57,239 nt of DNA, taken from assembly GCA_018398765.1 (NCBI GenBank), contig JAHBMJ010000094.1, forward strand, positions 1-57,239, given 5' to 3'. Source of the stretch: Chromera velia. Taxonomy: Eukaryota. This document shows positions 41,450 through 53,674 of the stretch, one piece after another (position 1 is the stretch's first letter; the number at the start of each line of letters is the position of its first letter). Position numbers and translations under genes: made by a program. The notes below the pieces were generated by a model. It made no database searches. It saw nothing but the letters and a program-made list of their open reading frames with translations, and had not been told where the DNA came from.

Positions 41450-42226
41450 TCATACAAGAGTGACGGGGTTGTCGGCCTCTCTGCTGGTGGGGCCTGCCGG
41501 GGGGACCTGAGTGGACCCTGGATGGTGGAAGGGGCCCGGCGTCACTACGGGGACTTGGGGGGGGGGCTGGGGCCTGTTAGTGGTGAATGCCACTGAGGGG
41601 TGTGTGGTGGCCGTGCGGTCGGAGTCTGACGCGTACCCTGTTTTCCTGGCCGCCTTCGCCGCTCTGCGCCTTTGTGCGCTGTACTTGCTCCCTAGAATTG
41701 TCGCTGTGCAGTAACAGCACAGCTGAAGGGCCAGAATGATCAAAGAGAGTACAACAAAGGCTGTCATAGCATTCTTTTCGGCTTCCGACGTTTCACTAAC
41801 TGCCTGGGTCCACCCGCCACTGGGTGCAGTGAGGCCTTTTGCACCCATAATGATCAATCCGATGATAAGGAGCGTGAGGTAGATTCCATGAAGGCAAGAA
41901 AAGTGAGCCCAGAAATTGGAGGAGTTGACTCTTGGAAGGCAAGGCCTACCGCAAGAGTCAGGACAGCACACAGCGAAGCAGACTACGAAAGATACCACCA
42001 TACAGGCAGCAATGAGCAGCACATTGAGTAATGTGTTCCAAAAACCCCACGTCATGTAGAGCGCGCTGTAGGACCCTAAGTAGTAGAGAATAACGCCCAG
42101 ACCGTAAACACTAATAGCAAACACGAGAGAGTTGCAAATGGCGAGGCAGATCATGAACCACGACCAGCCGCGCTCCCCTTTAAAGCTGTGGGAGGGATAC
42201 TGAGGAAGTTGAACTTCCCTCATCAT
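41450..42226 (-). CDS. Hypothetical 4-TM membrane protein with Cys clusters and Pro-rich C-tail
   Basis: Single 258-aa ORF with non-repetitive coding-like composition and four hydrophobic stretches, juxtamembrane CC motifs (AVCCPDSC, LCCYC), then basic RRRAAKAARK. Family not recognised. Confidence 0.75.
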   Translation of the reverse strand: MMREVQLPQYPSHSFKGERGWSWFMICLAICNSLVFAISVYGLGVILYYLGSYSALYMTWGFWNTLLNVLLIAACMVVSFVVCFAVCCPDSCGRPCLPRVNSSNFWAHFSCLHGIYLTLLIIGLIIMGAKGLTAPSGGWTQAVSETSEAEKNAMTAFVVLSLIILALQLCCYCTATILGSKYSAQRRRAAKAARKTGYASDSDRTATTHPSVAFTTNRPQPPPQVPVVTPGPFHHPGSTQVPPAGPTSREADNPVTLV

Positions 42227-42856
42227 GTCGCTTTAGGTTTTGCGTGAGAAGTAGTCGACCAGTCAGTCTGCCAATTGAAATCTGAATATTTCGTGACAGC
42301 GTGGGGTTCCTTTCCAGACAATCAACGATCTCAGCTGAGACTGAGCTGCCGTGCTTCCGTGATTTTTGACGTGTTTCCCTCGGGAGATCACAGGAGATCA
42401 CAGCAGTCGTGAGATTTGAACGATGGAATTTGATGGAATTTGGCAGGACTCCGCAAGAGACGCTTAATTGACGCTTAGGAGACGCCGGAGAGGCGCACGC
42501 GGAACAGATCAGCCATGCATGCATGCATGGGGGCCTTGCGGCGCCGCGCGTGTATATCTGACGCAAGCAAGCTTGCGAACGGCCCCGGAAAGCAAGAAAA
42601 ATGAGAAAGTCGACCGCGCGGGCGGTCACGCCGANCCCCCCCAGGAAAAAAGCCCGGGGGTAAGCTGAAACCCATCTGACGCACACATGGCGCAAATCAG
42701 CCTTTCGGGGCCGGGTTTTTGGCGAAAAACATGTATGCGTGGGCTGGGGTATTTCTGTTTTACATCTGACGTAAGCAAGCTTGCGAACGGCCCTAGAAAG
42801 CAAGAAAAATGAGAACTGCACGATTGATGTACGCCACGGCGATGGACCGCCGATAG

Positions 42857-44538
42857 TATGCTGTCTAAACCTGCCTGGGGCGCCTGGGGTACCCCAGGCA
42901 TGCCGCAGGCGGCCCGCCAGGGCGGCTTGGGGCGACCCCAGGTGGTTTTGCCTAAGTTTATATAGAGCTGCCTGAGGCTTCAGTTGTTGAGAGTTGCCTG
43001 ACGCGAAGGTTGGTACCTTTGGCACCGACCTTGTCATCACAAACCATAGTACACATGCCTGACCGGGTTCGCACGAGGGATGTACCGACACGACCTCGCA
43101 ATCTATATGTACATGCCATGCATCAAAGGTCCGACCTAATCCGACCGGGTCATGCAGACCAGCAGTAACTTTTTGTTCGGTAGTCGCGATCAGCGATAGA
43201 TACCAGTGGATACACATTAAGTTGACGGTTGCTTTCAACTTTCATCTCTTCTCACTCTTGTCACTGGTGGTCGCGATATAAAAATTTTGATTTATTGATT
43301 TAATTTGAAGCATTGTAAATGAATCTTTAAAGTTGTATTCAGATACTAAATCCTAGAATAAAGGTATTTTTAAAATTTTTTCAATGTTTTTCACACTATA
43401 GAGAGAATGTAGAAAGACCCCCTGACTGCCTGGGGTGCCGCAGGCGGTCCGTAAGGAGCACCTGGGGAAGGTTATACATAAGACCCCACGTGTGCAAAGT
43501 TTGGCCTAGCAGCCCGAATTCTTTGGTATCTCGCCGCCTCAATCAATCGATCAGAAAATATGACACGCGCATTTTGAGAGACAACATAAAAAATTAAGTA
43601 ATACAGATCAGAATTAAACGCATGCGCGCAGATTAAAAGCAGAATGTAAGATTAGACAAGTGGATAGAAGACTGCAGATATAGACCAAAGTACCAGAATA
43701 GAAAGCGGTCCAGCAGTACCAGACTTCTATGTGCGTATGTACGAATGAGATCACTTCGGTAGGAGTATGATGAATAGCCCCAGTAAACCCAAATTTCCCA
43801 GTGGTGCTCGCTACGTCGGGCTTGAACCGTTTGCCTTCAGTTCATCAGACTGATTGCTTGAGCCAGCTGAGTAGGGGAAGCAAAGAAGGCAGCATGAGCA
43901 CACAGCAAGAGCTGCAGAGACGGAGACGTTCTGGGTAGTTCGTTGAGCTTCCCACGATAAAAGAGTCGAAAGAAGTATCGAAAACACCAGAGGATTGTTT
44001 TTTCTCCAGCGATTGAGCCGGCCATAGATGTATGGACCGCAATACTGTATGTAGAACAGTGAAAGCTAGACTGTTGGGGACTTAGGAAAAGAAAAAGAGC
44101 AAGAGACCCTGTTGACAAGAGCCTCTCCGTATGAAGCAAGAAGGGGGAGTGAGCAGAGCTGCCCAGCCATCCCCTGTATGGAGGAACCATGGGGGAGCCT
44201 TGCACCAGCAGTAAGAGAAGAGAAGTATCGGTGACCTGGACTCCATTGGACTTCATGTAGAGCAGTGAGTAAGAGGATGGTAGTAGTGGACACGGGATAG
44301 CTTAGCAAGCGAAACTGAGTTGCAAACGTGGGAGAGAGGAAGGGAAAAGGGGTCTGAATAGACTGAAATGCAGTAGACTGACAGTGCGAGAACAGGGACT
44401 CCGTGTTTACAGGCCAGGTGGTAGAGATGAAAAGGGGTACGAAGGGACCCGCCCTGTGACTGCACTGATGATCACTGACCGCCTAATATTCCCAACGACG
44501 TCCACTCCTACATAGAAAATGTAGTTGCTTGTTAAGTT

Positions 44539-44573
<35 letters not shown>

Positions 44574-45369
44574 TCAGAGAGGAAGTGAATACCAGGAGTG
44601 AGGGGGTCTGCGCCAGCGGTGGTATCAATCAACCCTTTGTCACGGTACTCCAGTCACTCACCCAGCAACTTTAAGCATTGACAGCTCTGTCTATACTCCA
44701 TAAGTGAGGACACAGAGATTCTGGAGATGAGTGAAGGCAAGAAGACTTAAACGGTATTCCATCAGCTCTGACTGCTCTTGCCCAGAGAGTTTGGCGGCTC
44801 AGAGTATCTGGTGAAAGCCTGAAAGTATAGAAGAAGAAAGCAGCCAACCAGCAATAGGAAAGCACGACTGCAGCTCTAGATGACCTCAGGACGGACAGCG
44901 GAGATTTCGTAGCGTGTGATGCTATCAAGGAAGGCAAAAAAAGTAAGACAGATAGCTGGGGGAATCGATGAGTCGCCGGGAAAGGGGGTCTGTACGAAGT
45001 TCGGCCTAGAGCCCAAATTTTTTGGTATCTCGCTGCCTCAATCAATCGATCACAAAATACGATACGCGTATTTCGAGAGACAACATAAAAAATTAAGCGA
45101 TACAGATCAGAATTAAACGTATGCGTATACTAGATCAAAAGCAGAATATAAGATTAGACAGGTGGATAGAAGACTGTAGATATAGACTGAAGTACCAGAA
45201 TAGAAAGCGGTCCAGCAGTACCAGACTTCTATGTGCGTGTATACGAATGAGATCACTTCAGTAGAAGTATGACGAATAGCCCCAGTAAACCTAAATTTCT
45301 CAGTTAGATGGCCCGTCAAGGCCACCTAAGGTCAGCGCAGGCAGTCATTCTAAAGGTTTAGACAGCATG
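42857..45369. mobile_element. Non-autonomous hAT-type element (~700 bp of own sequence) hosting a nested LTR element
   Basis: TIRs (T/C)ATGCTGTCTAAACCT at 42857-42872 and 45354-45369; 8-bp TSD GCCGATAG (42849-42856) / GCCGATGG (45370-45377); GC-rich subterminal motifs (tgccgcaggcgg). Confidence 0.85.
43491..45302 (+). mobile_element. Non-autonomous LTR retroelement (TRIM-like, 1.8 kb)
   Basis: LTRs 43491-43800 and 44991-45302 (TGT...CA, ~90% identical). PBS-like TGGTGCTCG at 43802 and polypurine tract GGGAAAGGGGG at 44978-44988. No recognisable gag/pol and no clear TSD. Confidence 0.85.
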
Positions 45370-45402
45370 GCCGATGGTGCATGGTCACGCCGAACCCCCC
45401 CC

Positions 45403-45513
45403 NNNNNNNNNNNNNNNNNNNNNNNNNNNNNNNNNNNNNNNNNNNNNNNNNNNNNNNNNNNNNNNNNNNNNNNNNNNNNNNNNNNNNNNNNNNNNNNNNN
45501 NNNNNNNNNNNNN
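45403..45513. other. Assembly gap (N run)
   Basis: N run next to C tracts in the tandem repeat. Confidence 0.98.
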
Positions 45514-46520
45514 CCGCGGGAAAAAAGCATCCGCGGAACTCCCCCCCCCCGCGGGAGAAAAACCCGGCCGGGGGTGAGTGAATCTGAAACCCATCTGATG
45601 TACACATAGCGTAAATTCAGCCTTTCGGGACCAGGTTTTTGGTGAAAGACTATAGCGTATCTACGTACATATGGGCTGGGGTATTTTTGTTTTGTAAGTG
45701 CCCCCCGTTTCACTTTTCAGGGCCATCTGATGCAAACAAGCTTGCGAACGGCCCCAGAAAGTAAGAAAAATAAGAGCTGCACGATTGACGTACCTCGATC
45801 ATGCCGACCTCCCCCCCCCCNNGGGAAAAAATATACGCGAAACCCCCCCCTCCCCTGAAAAAAAAACCCGGGGGTAAGTAGACGGTCATCTAACGCACGC
45901 ATGGCCCAAATTCAGCCTTTCGGGGCCGGGTTTTTGGTGAAAGACACTGCGCATGCATGCGCGTGGGCTGGGGTATTTCTGTTTTGTAAGTGCCCCCCGC
46001 TTCGCTTTCCGGGGCCAAGTGCCCCCCGCTTTGCTTTCCGGGGCCACACTGCGTGCATGCATGGGCTGGGGTATTTTTGTTTTGTAAGTGCCCCCCGCTT
46101 CTCTTTCCGGGGCCATGCATGGAGGTGCATGTCCCGCGTGCGTGGGCGCCGCCGCGCGTGACGCCTTCCTCCTCATCCTTCCTCCTCCATCCTCCTAGCT
46201 CCTATCGGTATAATTCTGAAGGTTTTGCCGTCGATCGACTGCCGTCGTGCCCTCCCTTCGATCAACGACCAACTTTGGCAAAGGAAAGAAGTGTGAACAC
46301 ACCTTGTATAAGAGTCTCAAGAAGAGAACAGAGAGGAAAGCTGATTTCAGTCGTCGATCGGACTTCTTTGAGCCTCGATCAATTCTTTGAGTTCCCTGCG
46401 TGAAGCAACCAGCCGTGCTGGACATTCCGGGAGGACTGGGGCAACTGCAGACAGCAAACTTGCGGAAGGGACGACAAACAACAAGAAAGGTATCAGGCAC
46501 TAGAGGCGACTGTGAAGACG

Positions 46521-48680
46521 ATGGGCGGCGCTAACGGGAAGTGCTGTGAGGGCAGTTGCCTCGGTACGCCTCTTCTTTCCGCTCTCTCTAGTCCCGACTG
46601 GGGCAAGACGCCTTCTTCTCCTAGCATGACATGTTCTCCTCTACTTTTATCCTTTTGTCTTGTTTGATTCATTTCAAAGCTGTTTGCATGGCGGTCTGGC
46701 CGAGTCATTCGACGCGCTTCAGTCTGACTCAGTCTGCCTGAAGAAGTCACCCGTGCCTTCCATCTGCCCTTCATCCAATGACTCTTGTGTTGCACACGCG
46801 TCCGGCTTCACCTGCGTGCAGACCGCAGCAGGCCGAAGGAAAGCATCGCGGTGGAGGCGGCATCGGTCGGTCTGTCTGTCTATTTGCGGTGTTGAGAAAC
46901 TCTGTAGGTAGTGAAGGAAGTAGGGTTGAAAGGGGGGCAGAGGGGCAGTCAGCTCGCAAGAGTGAGAACGCGATCGTCAGAACAATGACAAGAAAGGGAA
47001 AGGGCCAAGTGTGCGTTGACAGATGGACGGAAGAGATGGGCTGGGGGATGTGCAACAACATGAAGAGTTCAGCTGAGTACCTAGAGAAGGCAGAAAGGAA
47101 TTGATCCGAAGACAGCTGAACGACGATTAGACATGGCGGAGGTTTGGTGATAGTCCGAAAGAGCCCTTCAGCCTGACACGGCACATACAGAGAATTAATT
47201 CCCGAAAAGGAAGTACCGAAACGTCTTTGGAAACAGGAGTGGAGGAGTTCACCGAGCCAATATGGAGAGAGGAGGCTAGAAGAATTAGTGCCTCGTTAGT
47301 GTTTCTCTCTTTCTCTCTCTTGTTGCCTTCAAGCGGTTTGAGTTCTTTTGACACACCGACCGACGAAGCGACAAAACAGAGAGAGAGAGACAGACGAGAC
47401 CCCCCAGAGAGAGAGTCCATCCTCCCTCCCGTCCCGCCTCCTCACATGATTCAATCATCGCATCCAATCGCATCGCATTGCAGGGAGGCGGTTACGAGCC
47501 CCAACCGATAGTGAACAGCAACACGCGGGACTTCGACAAGATGCCCACGATGATGTCTGGTCCCATCTCACGTCAGGAGGTCCCGGCAGCAGGGGGCATC
47601 TCTGAGAGAGGAGGCACAGGAGCGGACGCGGCAGACGGAGAAGGGTGGGCTCGGGACGACGGCTGTCGGTGTGTTGGGGACCCGATGGGTTCACAGGGGG
47701 TGATCAAATTTGGAGATGGGTCAGTCGCGTTGTTTTTTTTGTCCGGCAGTCAGTTCGGTGGATCAGTAAGTAGCTTAGTGAGGAGCAGGAAGGGGCACGG
47801 ACATGAGATGAGATGGGATGGAGAATTCAGAGGTTAGTCACAAGCTGGATGAAGCGGCAGGAAACGGAGGCAACTTAGACAGAAGCTTCTCTCTCTGCTG
47901 GTTCCCTCCGATTTCGGAACCCCCCCTCCTGTTCACATGAGCTATGCCTCGATTAACTCTCAGCTGAACGCCTGAGCGCTTGTTTTGCTTGCTTGCTTGC
48001 TTGCTTGGTTGCTTGCTTGCTTGCAGGTCTGAGTACTCGGGTCAATGGAACAGAGGGTATGCAGAAGGAGAGGGCACCCTGATGCGATCTGATGGCAGCA
48101 AGTCAGTCAGTCGCCTGAGTCGGGTCTGTGAAGTGAACTGCATGGAGTCGTTTCTGTTTCGAGTTCTCTCTGTCTGTCCGTCCTTCTGGCTTTCTGCCTG
48201 CTCTTTCTCTTCGAAGAGAAGGAGGAAAAGGAGACATGTAGTCTGTCTGACTGGCTGTTTGATTGTTGGTTGTGTTCTTTTGTCTTTGTTCTTTCTTTCT
48301 TTCTTTCTTTCTTTCTTTTTGTCTGTTTTGTACATGAAGAAAAGAAGGGATAAGAAAAAACACATAGTCTGTCTGGTGGGTTAATTGTACATGCAGGTAC
48401 GAAGGCCAATTCGAACGCGATGTCCCTCACGGAAACGGAACCGAGGTCTATCCTGGTACGTTCGTTTCCCTCCTGCTGTTGGTTCTTGTCTAGCCTGTAC
48501 GCATCCCTTCGTTTGTTTGTAGGAGGGAGAAGGCACCTGCACGTAAAAAGTCCTTCTTTGGGATTGTGTGTAATGAAGCGGGGCTCGAGGGAAAAAGAGA
48601 AAGAGAGAAACGAAGGAGCGGTCAGTATGCGACTTTCTGCGGGCCGTTCGTATGGAGGCAGCTGACAGAAAAGGTGACAT

Positions 48681-48716
<36 letters not shown>

Positions 48717-50564
48717 TGAATGCAGATGGATCTGTTTACAGAGGAGAGTTCATGTCAGTCTTTCCTTTGTTATCCCTGACAAGCAACTTACGTGTACTTC
48801 CTCTCCTCTTTCTGATTTTGCGGAGTTTCTCCTTCGCCCTTAAAGAGCTCCCGTCGAAACCGTTTGTCTCCTGGATGCATTGCCGGTCTCTCTCGGCTTG
48901 CTGTGTCGGATTTTTAGATAATCGCTCTCACAGTCGCGGTAAAAGGAATGAAGTCTTGAATGCACCAAGGAGGGCAGATTTTTGGAAGCCACAGAGAGAC
49001 TGGAATTGCGAGCTGACTTTCTCCTTTACATTCGTCTGCTGTTGCCACTCACTTGTACTTCCTTGTCCCCCCCGCGATGCATTCAACTGGTCACTTTATA
49101 CATTCATTGTGACTCAAATCTGCGTCCCACCCGCTGTTGTCTGTCCATTAATTCATTCGATCGTTCAGTGACGGGGCAAAAGAAGGACATGGCGTCTTTG
49201 AGTGGACCAATGGAACTAGGTCAGTGGGTTATTGCGTCGGGCGGGGTGTGGGGAGTGGGGTATGGTGGGGAGCGCTCTTCTCCTGTTTTCGTTATTGCAC
49301 GAGGGTCGTTTGAAACAGATATTCATTCTGCCCTCCTGTCGCTTTGCCGTCCTTGCGTTTGTCGGATTCTTGCCATGCCTTTCTGTATGCATGTCAACGC
49401 TTTTTCCCTCTCTTTCGTCACCCTGTTCGTTATTCTTTCAGCGTTTGTCTGTACATGGTCTGTGTGTCTGCGAGTTGGTCTGTATGTCCGTTGTGCTTTG
49501 CCATTAGTCCAGATCAAACTGTACCCCCAGATTTGATTTCGCCCTCAACCTTTCTGCCTGCATGTAGACACACGAATGAGTTGAAGGAAATGAATCAACC
49601 AAGCGGCCTTGTGACTGCGTGCGTGCTGCAGATACGAAGGACAATTTCAGAAGAATGCCTTCCATGGCTACGGGAGATACGACGTGAGTCAGTCAGGCAG
49701 TCAGTCATGAATGCACGATTATGGAAGAAATATACAGAGCGGGTCGTTCTTCGAAGGAAAGCCCTGTTCCTCCCTCCCGGCTGTTTGTTTTGTGCGCCCT
49801 TTGAGTTTATCTGCTTTCAAGGGGCCTCTGCTTCCCCCCCCGTTTTTTCATTTCAGATTTTGTGAGATCTCCTGGTTGCCTAATCGTGTGTGTCACTCTG
49901 CCGCTAGCCGGGCGTGTCTGTACATCTGCACGTGCGTTTCATATGAGAATTTGCGCATCTTCCATGAATGAATGAATCGATGGATGGATGGATGGATGGA
50001 TGCAGTGGAACGACGGTCGCAAATTCCGAGGGCAGGTCAGAATAATCAATCAGATTTGTGCTCTTTTTGCAAGCGTTCCGGGTTTCTGAGTTCTCTTTTG
50101 GAAGTCACAGAGACACAGAGGAGAGAAAAAGGCAAAAAGAGGTTGCGAGGAGAGGAAGGGGAAAAGTCCAAAAAAAGGGATGAAGAGAAAGAAACTAACT
50201 CTGCATTGATGCTTCCATTTTTTTGCCGTCTCCTCTCGGGACACTGCTTGCTGACCTCTCTTCTTTCTGCCTTCCATAAACTTCTCTTTTTCTCTTCTGT
50301 GTGTTTGTGTCTTTTTGGCCGGGGGGCTGCAGTGGGCAGACAACAAGTTCCAGGGATACGGACGGATGACTTGGGTGGATGGACGCAAGTGAGTGAGTGA
50401 GGGGGTGGGTGAGTGGGCGGGAGTGAGGGGATGGAGGCGGCATGACGAGACAGACAGACGCTTGGTGAATTTATCTTCTGAAATGCAGACTGAAATTAGC
50501 TTCTCTTCCTGTTATGTTCCTGGAAGCAAGAGTCTCTTTTCACTCTTTGGGTTTCCTTTTTCTC

Positions 50565-50604
<40 letters not shown>

Positions 50605-52190
50605 CTATGGCTGTCGGTTTCTTGACGGGAAAGGAACAAGAAAAGCCTTCGCGTGAGGGATGCGCCCGTGTGAAGTTTACTGTTTGACTGACTGATTCCT
50701 TTTTCAATATGTGCACTGCTAAATATGACATATTGATAGATACTTATGTTTGGTAATCGCTGAGGGAATGAATGTTCATGTGCATGTGGATGTGCATGCA
50801 GATACGAAGGTTTCTACGTGAACGATCGGAAGAGCGGACTCGGGACATTCGAATGGGGAGACGGGAGGAAACACACAGGGAACTGGCTGTAAGTTGATTG
50901 GTTCATTTCTTTCTTTCCTTCCTTTCTTTCGTTCGTTCGTCCGTTCTTCTCCTTTCTTTTCTGGGTGCCGCTTCTTTCTTTCTTTTCTGACTTCATGTTT
51001 CATGCATGGTGTTTCTTTTCTTTCTCTCACAATGAATTTTTCTCTTTTTCTCTCTTTCTTTTCTTCCTCTTTTTTCACTGCTGTACATGATTCTGCCTTC
51101 TCGATCACTCACAGATTCATCGAAGAGGAAGTAGGGAGGGAGAGAGAAACTGTGGAGAGGGCCTGCAGGCTCTTTTTATCAATCAATCAATCGATCAATC
51201 AATCACTATAAGACAGACAGATGCTCTCTCTCGGCCTGTTTGGGCACCGAGAGAGATCAATACGAACAATGCTGCTCCTGAACCACTCGGCGTTTTCATT
51301 TCGTGACCTTTCATTTGCTTCGTTCTTGGACGGGAGGTGTAGCGCTTTGACTGCTTCCTCCCCTACCTGTATATGCGTCTGTGTGCAGAGAAGGAAAGCA
51401 ACATGGAAAGGGAATTTTCACCACCAGCAACGGTGAGTAGGACGTTTCTCCTCGATCTCTTCGCCATCTTCCTTCCTTGTCCCTTTCCTTTTCTTTTTCT
51501 TTCCTCTCCCCTTTACTCCCCTTCCGCGTGTCCTCCTTGCACAAGCGCGTGAAAGTTCTTTTTTTGTTGTGTTGGGTTGTGTGTCCCCGGTGGTGTTTGC
51601 TTTGCAGGCTTCGCTCGTGCCGGTGTCTGGGAGAGAGGACAGCGAACAGAATGGACAAGCAAAGCAGGTCGGTGGGGTGGCCAGTCAGGTAGACAGGAAC
51701 GCGGGCGGGCACACGTCAAATCTTTGTCTCTGTTGGTTTTCGCATAGCGAAGAGAAAAGGCCGGGAATACCGCTTTTGTGGAATTTGTGTTTCCTTCCTT
51801 CATGTATGCTCGCTGGACGTTCATTGGGGGGCATCATGCAGCTAGATGCCTCGATCGAGGGAAGGGAGGGGCCCCCCTTATTTCGTTCGTATCCTTGCAA
51901 GGGTGCACTCATCTGCCTCTCGGTGTGTCCCTATCGTTCATCTTCTTTCTTCGTTTCTTCCATGAAGCATGAACGAACGTTTTCCTACATGCCCCCTTCG
52001 TTCGTTGTCATTCATGCCTTCTTTCCCTGTCATGACTGATGGATCGATGGATATTGTTTTGATGTGGTACGTCTACCTGCATGGATGCATGCGTGCAGTT
52101 GCGGAGGCAGACATTGATGAGATCAAGGAGCCGGAGATCTTCCCGTCGCCCCCTCCCGAGATGCCGAAGGATTTCTTTGCTCCCGAATAA
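46521..52190 (+). CDS. MORN-repeat protein with N-terminal myristoylation/palmitoylation motif
   Basis: 14 in-frame exons: 46521-46563, 46822-46865, 47484-47719, 48027-48101, 48397-48455, 48726-48753, 49169-49219, 49632-49683, 50006-50035, 50333-50388, 50802-50888, 51389-51432, 51608-51667, 52099-52190. About 7 YxGxW/F...HGxG...DG repeats; start MGGANGKCCEGSC; no kinase domain. Confidence 0.9.
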
Positions 52191-53637
52191 GAAAATAAAT
52201 AAATGGAAAGTTGGAGGGGGCGAGCAAATGGCTGTACTAATCAAACAGGAAGCTAGAGAAGAAATGGTCCAGCGAGCGAAGAAGCGAAGGTTACAAGAGG
52301 AAGAGAAGAAAGAAGGATGTGGCAGGAATCAGGAGAAAGAAGAGAAAACAAAAACTCATCAGAGCGAAGTGAAATTAAGAGAAACAAAAAGAAAAAGGAG
52401 ATTCAGACCCCCAAAAGGATAAAGCACAGGCATCCGGAGGTCCAAAGCGAATTACAGAAAGAAACAAAAGATAAATAATCTTTCCATTCATCCCAACAAC
52501 AAGTGAGGCACCTCTTCTGGAGGCAGCGCAACAATCAGTTGCCCTTCCCCCCTCCCTCGCTCCCTTCCTTCCTTCAGCTCGCCATCTGCCTGTCTGTCTG
52601 TCTGTCTAACTTTTGTTGGGTGCTTGCTTGCTTGCTTGCTTGGTCATGCACGTTCTCACCTGCTGGCTGCACGGCTGGCCTCATTTGCATGCCCATGCAG
52701 GCACGCACGCACACCGAGGATGAGAGCCTGCAGCATGAAGTCGTGTGTTTCCCTTCTGTCACTTTGATTCGCGTTCCCCCCCTTCCTGGTGGTAAACTAT
52801 TGATACAGCCTCGTTCCGTTCTCATCAATCTTCTCCTTGCCTTTCCTCCCCTTTGACTGATTCGGATCCTCGAGCCAGGCAATGGGCTTCCGAATTGCTG
52901 GACCTTCCGTTCCTTTCCCAGAAAGTCCTTCACCTACATCTCACCTCTTCGCCGGTCCCCTTCTTCCTCTCTTTGGTTCGTGCATATGCAGAGAGAGACA
53001 GACTCCAATTCACGCAAAGTTCATGCGACATGAGCCAGAAGAGTTTTTGCGGAACCTGAACGTCCGCCCCTTCTGAAAAAAAAACTCTATTTGCTTGCAT
53101 GATAAATTGTGTACGCGTGCCTGGCACACTGCCTGCTTGTTGTCCTTTTTTCTCCACCGGGGACGACTCCTGCACTTAACCGTAGACTTCGCTCAGGAGT
53201 TAGGACTCGACAGGCCTAGTTATACAAAAACCCGAGGTCAAATGACATCGTGATAACTCTAAGTTACCATATTTCACATCCTATCAACTAGCCTATCATT
53301 GTTGATAGGAGACTCGGACATGACTTTAACAAGAACTAGACTTAAGTGTATCAATGATCAATTAAAAATATCTTTCTACATATTTTTTTGCAGTAAATAT
53401 CAAGATAAATATTATATATAACTAATATGAAAAATTAGATCGAAATTGAAACTAAGAATGCGTATATAGCTCGAGCTTTTAATACTTGAGTTTAATACTA
53501 TACTATCATCATCATGATAGTAGCTTAACTTTTAACCGTCGATAGTTTGAGTTTCTATTATTATTAAATTACTTTCTAACTGTTTAAATTATGGTTCATA
53601 AAAGAAAAAGGTGTAAAAATTGCTACTGATAATAGAA

Positions 53638-53674
<37 letters not shown>

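Larger units (their letters stand above)
42553..46112. repeat. Modular tandem repeat (~3 diverged units of ~210-390 bp) interrupted by a transposon nest
   Basis: Modules CAAGCTTGCGAACGGCCCYRGAAAGYAAGAAAAAT (~42568, 42776, 45737), CAGCCTTTCGGG(G/A)CC(G/A)GGTTTTTGG (~42698, 45618, 45913) and GGGCTGGGGTATTT(C/T)TGTTTT (4 copies) recur in the same order. Confidence 0.85.

Noticed and set aside
42180..43238. 352-aa minus-strand ORF
   Set aside because: It runs across a TIR boundary, the tandem repeat and a promoter region; GC-rich with no protein-like features.
43802..43830. Reverse complement resembles a tRNA T-arm/3' end (GGTTCAAG...CACCA)
   Set aside because: No D-arm, anticodon arm or matching acceptor stem; its position next to the LTR fits a primer-binding site.
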